A stretch of DNA of 37,094 nucleotides from a virus. Lineage: Duplodnaviria > Caudoviricetes. The notes under the pieces were generated by a model that was not told where the DNA came from, made no database searches, and worked only from the letters and a program-made list of their open reading frames with translations. The position numbers and the translations under genes were made by a program. Location of the stretch: positions 1 to 37,094 of IMG/VR virus record IMGVR_UViG_3300050331_000118; one strand, 5' to 3'. Positions 34,268 through 37,094 of this stretch are shown here, piece by piece (within the stretch, counting starts at the first letter, position 1; every line of letters begins with the position of its first letter).

Positions 34268-35070
34268 GCGGCGGGTTCCGGGTCGAGAGCGGTCATATGC
34301 TGATCGAAAAGGATGGGCGCACCACCTTCGACACCGCCCATCGGGCGGCCGAACTCGTGCCGTCCGCCGCGATCCACCTTACGGACTACAGCATTGCCTA
34401 TCCGGACCTGTGGAAGGGTACGATCTACCACCAGACCCGGCGGACGAACGAGTTCTTTGGCATCGACTATTTTGGGTGCTCGACCTGGCTCGGGATCGTC
34501 GAGCAGGAATGGGGCCCCGACCGGCCATCGCCGAACACCCTTCCAGATGCCGTCCTCGGCACCGTGCCGGCAGGAACGGACTATCTCGAGGTTTGGGTCA
34601 ATCTGCAGCGCACCCTCGACCCGGTCGGTCTGTTCGTTTCGGAAAGCCTGAAGACCTATATCGCCGCGGGGGAGTGGGTAGAGCTGCAGGGCGGCTCCTG
34701 CCTGATCGAGGGCACCGGGCCGATCCGGCGGCTGTTCGAAATCAGGCTCGACGGCACGAACGCTATTCTGCGCCGCCGACAATCGGTGACCAGGGATGGG
34801 CCCTTCGTTCGATCCAACGGCAGCGCGGCGCTTGGCAGCGCGGCCTTCTACTATGCCGGCACCAATGCACCGGTGGACGTGACGAAGTACGCCTCCTACG
34901 GCGCCCTCATACAGACGCTCGGCGAAGATTCCGGCGACACCCATCGCCCCGCCGACAAGAAGGGCGGCTCGGCCAACAACACGCCGTGCTCCATGAGCCA
35001 CGCAGGCAAGAGCTACGCCTCGACCTGGACGGGCAGCCTGATCATCACTCCCGGCCGCATCAGCGCCTGA
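34264..35070 (+). CDS. Tail-associated hypothetical protein
   Basis: AGGAG RBS, ATGA overlap; beta-rich. Confidence 0.65.
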   Translation: MSGGFRVESGHMLIEKDGRTTFDTAHRAAELVPSAAIHLTDYSIAYPDLWKGTIYHQTRRTNEFFGIDYFGCSTWLGIVEQEWGPDRPSPNTLPDAVLGTVPAGTDYLEVWVNLQRTLDPVGLFVSESLKTYIAAGEWVELQGGSCLIEGTGPIRRLFEIRLDGTNAILRRRQSVTRDGPFVRSNGSAALGSAAFYYAGTNAPVDVTKYASYGALIQTLGEDSGDTHRPADKKGGSANNTPCSMSHAGKSYASTWTGSLIITPGRISA

Positions 35071-35083
35071 AGGAAACGCACCC

Positions 35084-36736
35084 ATGAAGTCTGGCCATTA
35101 TTCCATCGGCACCATCACCGTCGCGGCGGGCGGCACGACCGTTACGGGCGTCGGCACCAGCTGGGCCGGCAAGGTGTTCGAGGGCGACCTGCTGCACGAC
35201 CCGGTACAGGGCCTCATCGCCCGCGTGACCGCCGACGTCGTCGACAATGGCCTGATGCAGGTCAATCCCTGGCCTGGCGCGGCGCTCGACGGGGCGCCCT
35301 ACGAGATCCTGTTCATGCCCGACAGCGTGCGCGCCAGCGAGCGGGCGCGGCGGCTGCTCGAGCTGGTGGCGCAGGCTGCGAATACCGGCATCGGCATCGA
35401 CGCGTGGGGCGACCTGGCGGGCCGCGCGGCCCATGACGCGGCGGCAGCAGGCTTCGCTTATCTGTCGACCGATGGGGACGGGGCGCTGATCAGCGATCCC
35501 GTGGTGTTCATTAAGGCGTCGTCGGCATCGGCCGATTGGGGCGATGTCATTGAGTTCCGGGGAGCGCGGGGCCCCCAAGGGCCATCCGGACTCGTCGGCA
35601 TCTGGCGCGGGGCGTGGGTGACGGCAACGGCCTATGCGCTCAAGGACATCGTGCGAGAGGGTGGCTCCTCCTACATCTGCAAGACGGCGCATACCTCGGG
35701 TGCGACGTTTGCCGGGGACGTGGCCAATTGGGACTTGGCGGTCGCGAAGGGCGATACAGGAGCCACGGGCGCCGCTGGCACCAACGGGACCAACGGGACC
35801 AACGGCGTCGACGGCACCGGCCTGTTCTCGCGCGTCCGGGTTGTCGATACGATCGGCGCTGCCGTGGCGACAGCCTATGCTAGTGGGTCCACCATCGACG
35901 GGGTGGTGCTGGCGACGAACGACCTCGTGCTGCGGGCAACCAGCGGCGGCAATGTGGAGGACGGCATCTACGTGGTCCCGCCGGCGGGGGCAGCCTCGCG
36001 CGCCCCGTCCTTCGACACATACGACGAGATCCCGGGCGTCTACATTTCCGTCATGGAGGGCGTAGCTAATGCCGATTCGCTCTGGCGCTGCACGAGCAAC
36101 AAGGGTGGCGTGCTGGGCACGACGGCGCTGGTGTTTGCGCAGTTCTCGGGCGGGGTAAGTCTCGGCGCCGTAGTCGAGGATGTTCTGCCGGACGCCGCCA
36201 GCATCCGCGACCTAGGTAGTGCGGCCAAGGCGTGGGCTGAGGTGCATGCGGATATGCTGGTTGTGCCCGGCATCAAGTTCCCCGCCATTCAGGTCGCCTC
36301 GGCGGATCCGAACACCCTCGACGACTACGAAGAGGGGACGTGGACCCCCATTATTTCATTTTCGACGCCTGGCGACCTCGCCGTTACCTACGGCCTCCGG
36401 ATCGGCGATTACGTCAAGATCGGGCGGCTGGTTTTCGCGCCATTCGTGCTCACGACGTCGGCGTTTACCCACACAACGGCCTCCGGAAATTTCCAAATTA
36501 CCGGCCTGCCATTCGCGATCTCAGGATCGGCGGGTGAGGCCCGCGGGTCCATTGGCTTCGGCGGTTGGACGAAGGCAAACTACACCATGACCTCCATCCA
36601 GACCCCGGCCAATCAGACCTACCTATCGGTCGTGGCCTTCGGCTCGGGCCAGAATGCTACCGGTTTGAATGCCCCAGACGTCCCCTCCGGCGGAGCGAAC
36701 AAGAACATAGGCGGTCAGACCCTCTATCTCGTGTAA
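35084..36736 (+). CDS. Tail fibre / receptor-binding protein (mosaic)
   Basis: N-terminal YSIGTITV..G.TTVTGVGTSW anchor, Gly-X-Y collagen-like runs, WRGAW...TAY...D.V...GSSYIC module, C-terminal LDDYEEGTWTP / Y.KIGRLV domain. Confidence 0.85.
   Translation: MKSGHYSIGTITVAAGGTTVTGVGTSWAGKVFEGDLLHDPVQGLIARVTADVVDNGLMQVNPWPGAALDGAPYEILFMPDSVRASERARRLLELVAQAANTGIGIDAWGDLAGRAAHDAAAAGFAYLSTDGDGALISDPVVFIKASSASADWGDVIEFRGARGPQGPSGLVGIWRGAWVTATAYALKDIVREGGSSYICKTAHTSGATFAGDVANWDLAVAKGDTGATGAAGTNGTNGTNGVDGTGLFSRVRVVDTIGAAVATAYASGSTIDGVVLATNDLVLRATSGGNVEDGIYVVPPAGAASRAPSFDTYDEIPGVYISVMEGVANADSLWRCTSNKGGVLGTTALVFAQFSGGVSLGAVVEDVLPDAASIRDLGSAAKAWAEVHADMLVVPGIKFPAIQVASADPNTLDDYEEGTWTPIISFSTPGDLAVTYGLRIGDYVKIGRLVFAPFVLTTSAFTHTTASGNFQITGLPFAISGSAGEARGSIGFGGWTKANYTMTSIQTPANQTYLSVVAFGSGQNATGLNAPDVPSGGANKNIGGQTLYLV
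35780..35805 (+). repeat. 9-bp tandem repeat (ACCAACGGG x ~3) encoding TNG repeats
   Basis: ACCAACGGG ACCAACGGG ACCAACGG inside the collagen-like linker. Confidence 0.8.
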
Positions 36737-36752
36737 ATTAGGAGATCGGAAG

Positions 36753-37094
36753 ATGCACAAGCAAACGATACTGGATCAGATCGAAATCACCCGCGATGGC
36801 ACCATAAACCTGCGTTTTGCAAAGGAAATCGTGGACGATGATGGCTCCGTCATCGGCAGCGAATGGCACCGTACGGCAATCCCTCCCGGTCAGGACGTCG
36901 ACGCGCAGATCGCCGCCGTAAACGAGCACTTGGTCACCCACCTTAAATGTTCGCCGGTGGCCGCCTCGGAGTTGCAGCGAGTGAAAACACTGCTCCCTAT
37001 GGTATGGACCGACGACGTCCTGGCAGCCTACGCGGTGCGGAAAGCGACAATCGAGGCCGCATCCGCTACGGGCGCTTTAAGCGGCCCGACCTGA
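36753..37094 (+). CDS. Putative tail fibre assembly/accessory protein
   Basis: AGGAG RBS; DQIEI..DG.I.LR....I.DD.G..I...WHR....PG.D, WT..V..AY; directly after the fibre gene. Confidence 0.65.
   Translation: MHKQTILDQIEITRDGTINLRFAKEIVDDDGSVIGSEWHRTAIPPGQDVDAQIAAVNEHLVTHLKCSPVAASELQRVKTLLPMVWTDDVLAAYAVRKATIEAASATGALSGPT

Larger units (their letters stand above)
1..37094 (+). mobile_element. Mu-like transposable (pro)phage with siphovirus-type tail; ends, repressor and right-end genes lie outside the window
   Basis: DDE transposase followed by AAA ATPase, GemA, Mor-like activator and Mu-type terminase/portal/F/I/T/gp36 genes in Mu-like order; tail tube, chaperone and tape measure genes but no sheath gene. 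Confidence 0.96.

Noticed and set aside
35084-37094. Diversity-generating retroelement or invertible tail-fibre cassette
   Set aside because: No reverse transcriptase, invertase, template/variable repeat pair or inverted fibre copy seen in the window; cannot be excluded beyond the right edge.

Overview
The whole window is the body of a high-GC, Mu-like (transposable) temperate phage or prophage with a non-contractile (siphovirus-type) tail. The host is most likely an alphaproteobacterium, inferred from a GapR/DUF2312 homologue, an alphaproteobacterial-type tRNA-fMet and a CtrA-type box. Nearly all genes are on the + strand and tightly coupled. The order is: ParB-like protein, small regulator, MuA transposase, MuB ATPase, early accessory genes (DUF3164, GemA, ASCH, DNA methyltransferase), Mor/C-like activator, a lower-GC accessory island, lysis genes, terminase, portal, head, neck, tail, tail fibre. 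The repressor, phage ends and any mom/gin region are not in the window. Signals not explained by the ORF track: (1) an unannotated 37-aa poly-proline peptide gene with its own promoter and RBS, antisense to a Pycsar-effector-like membrane protein; (2) a duplicated two-hairpin RNA element with covarying stems, plus an initiator-like tRNA, inside the late operon after the capsid gene; (3) a 23-bp dyad marking two probable late promoters, one probably leaderless; (4) a perfect CtrA consensus box upstream of the head operon; (5) a -1 frameshift site in the tail chaperone gene. Family assignments come from motif recognition and synteny only; no searches were run.
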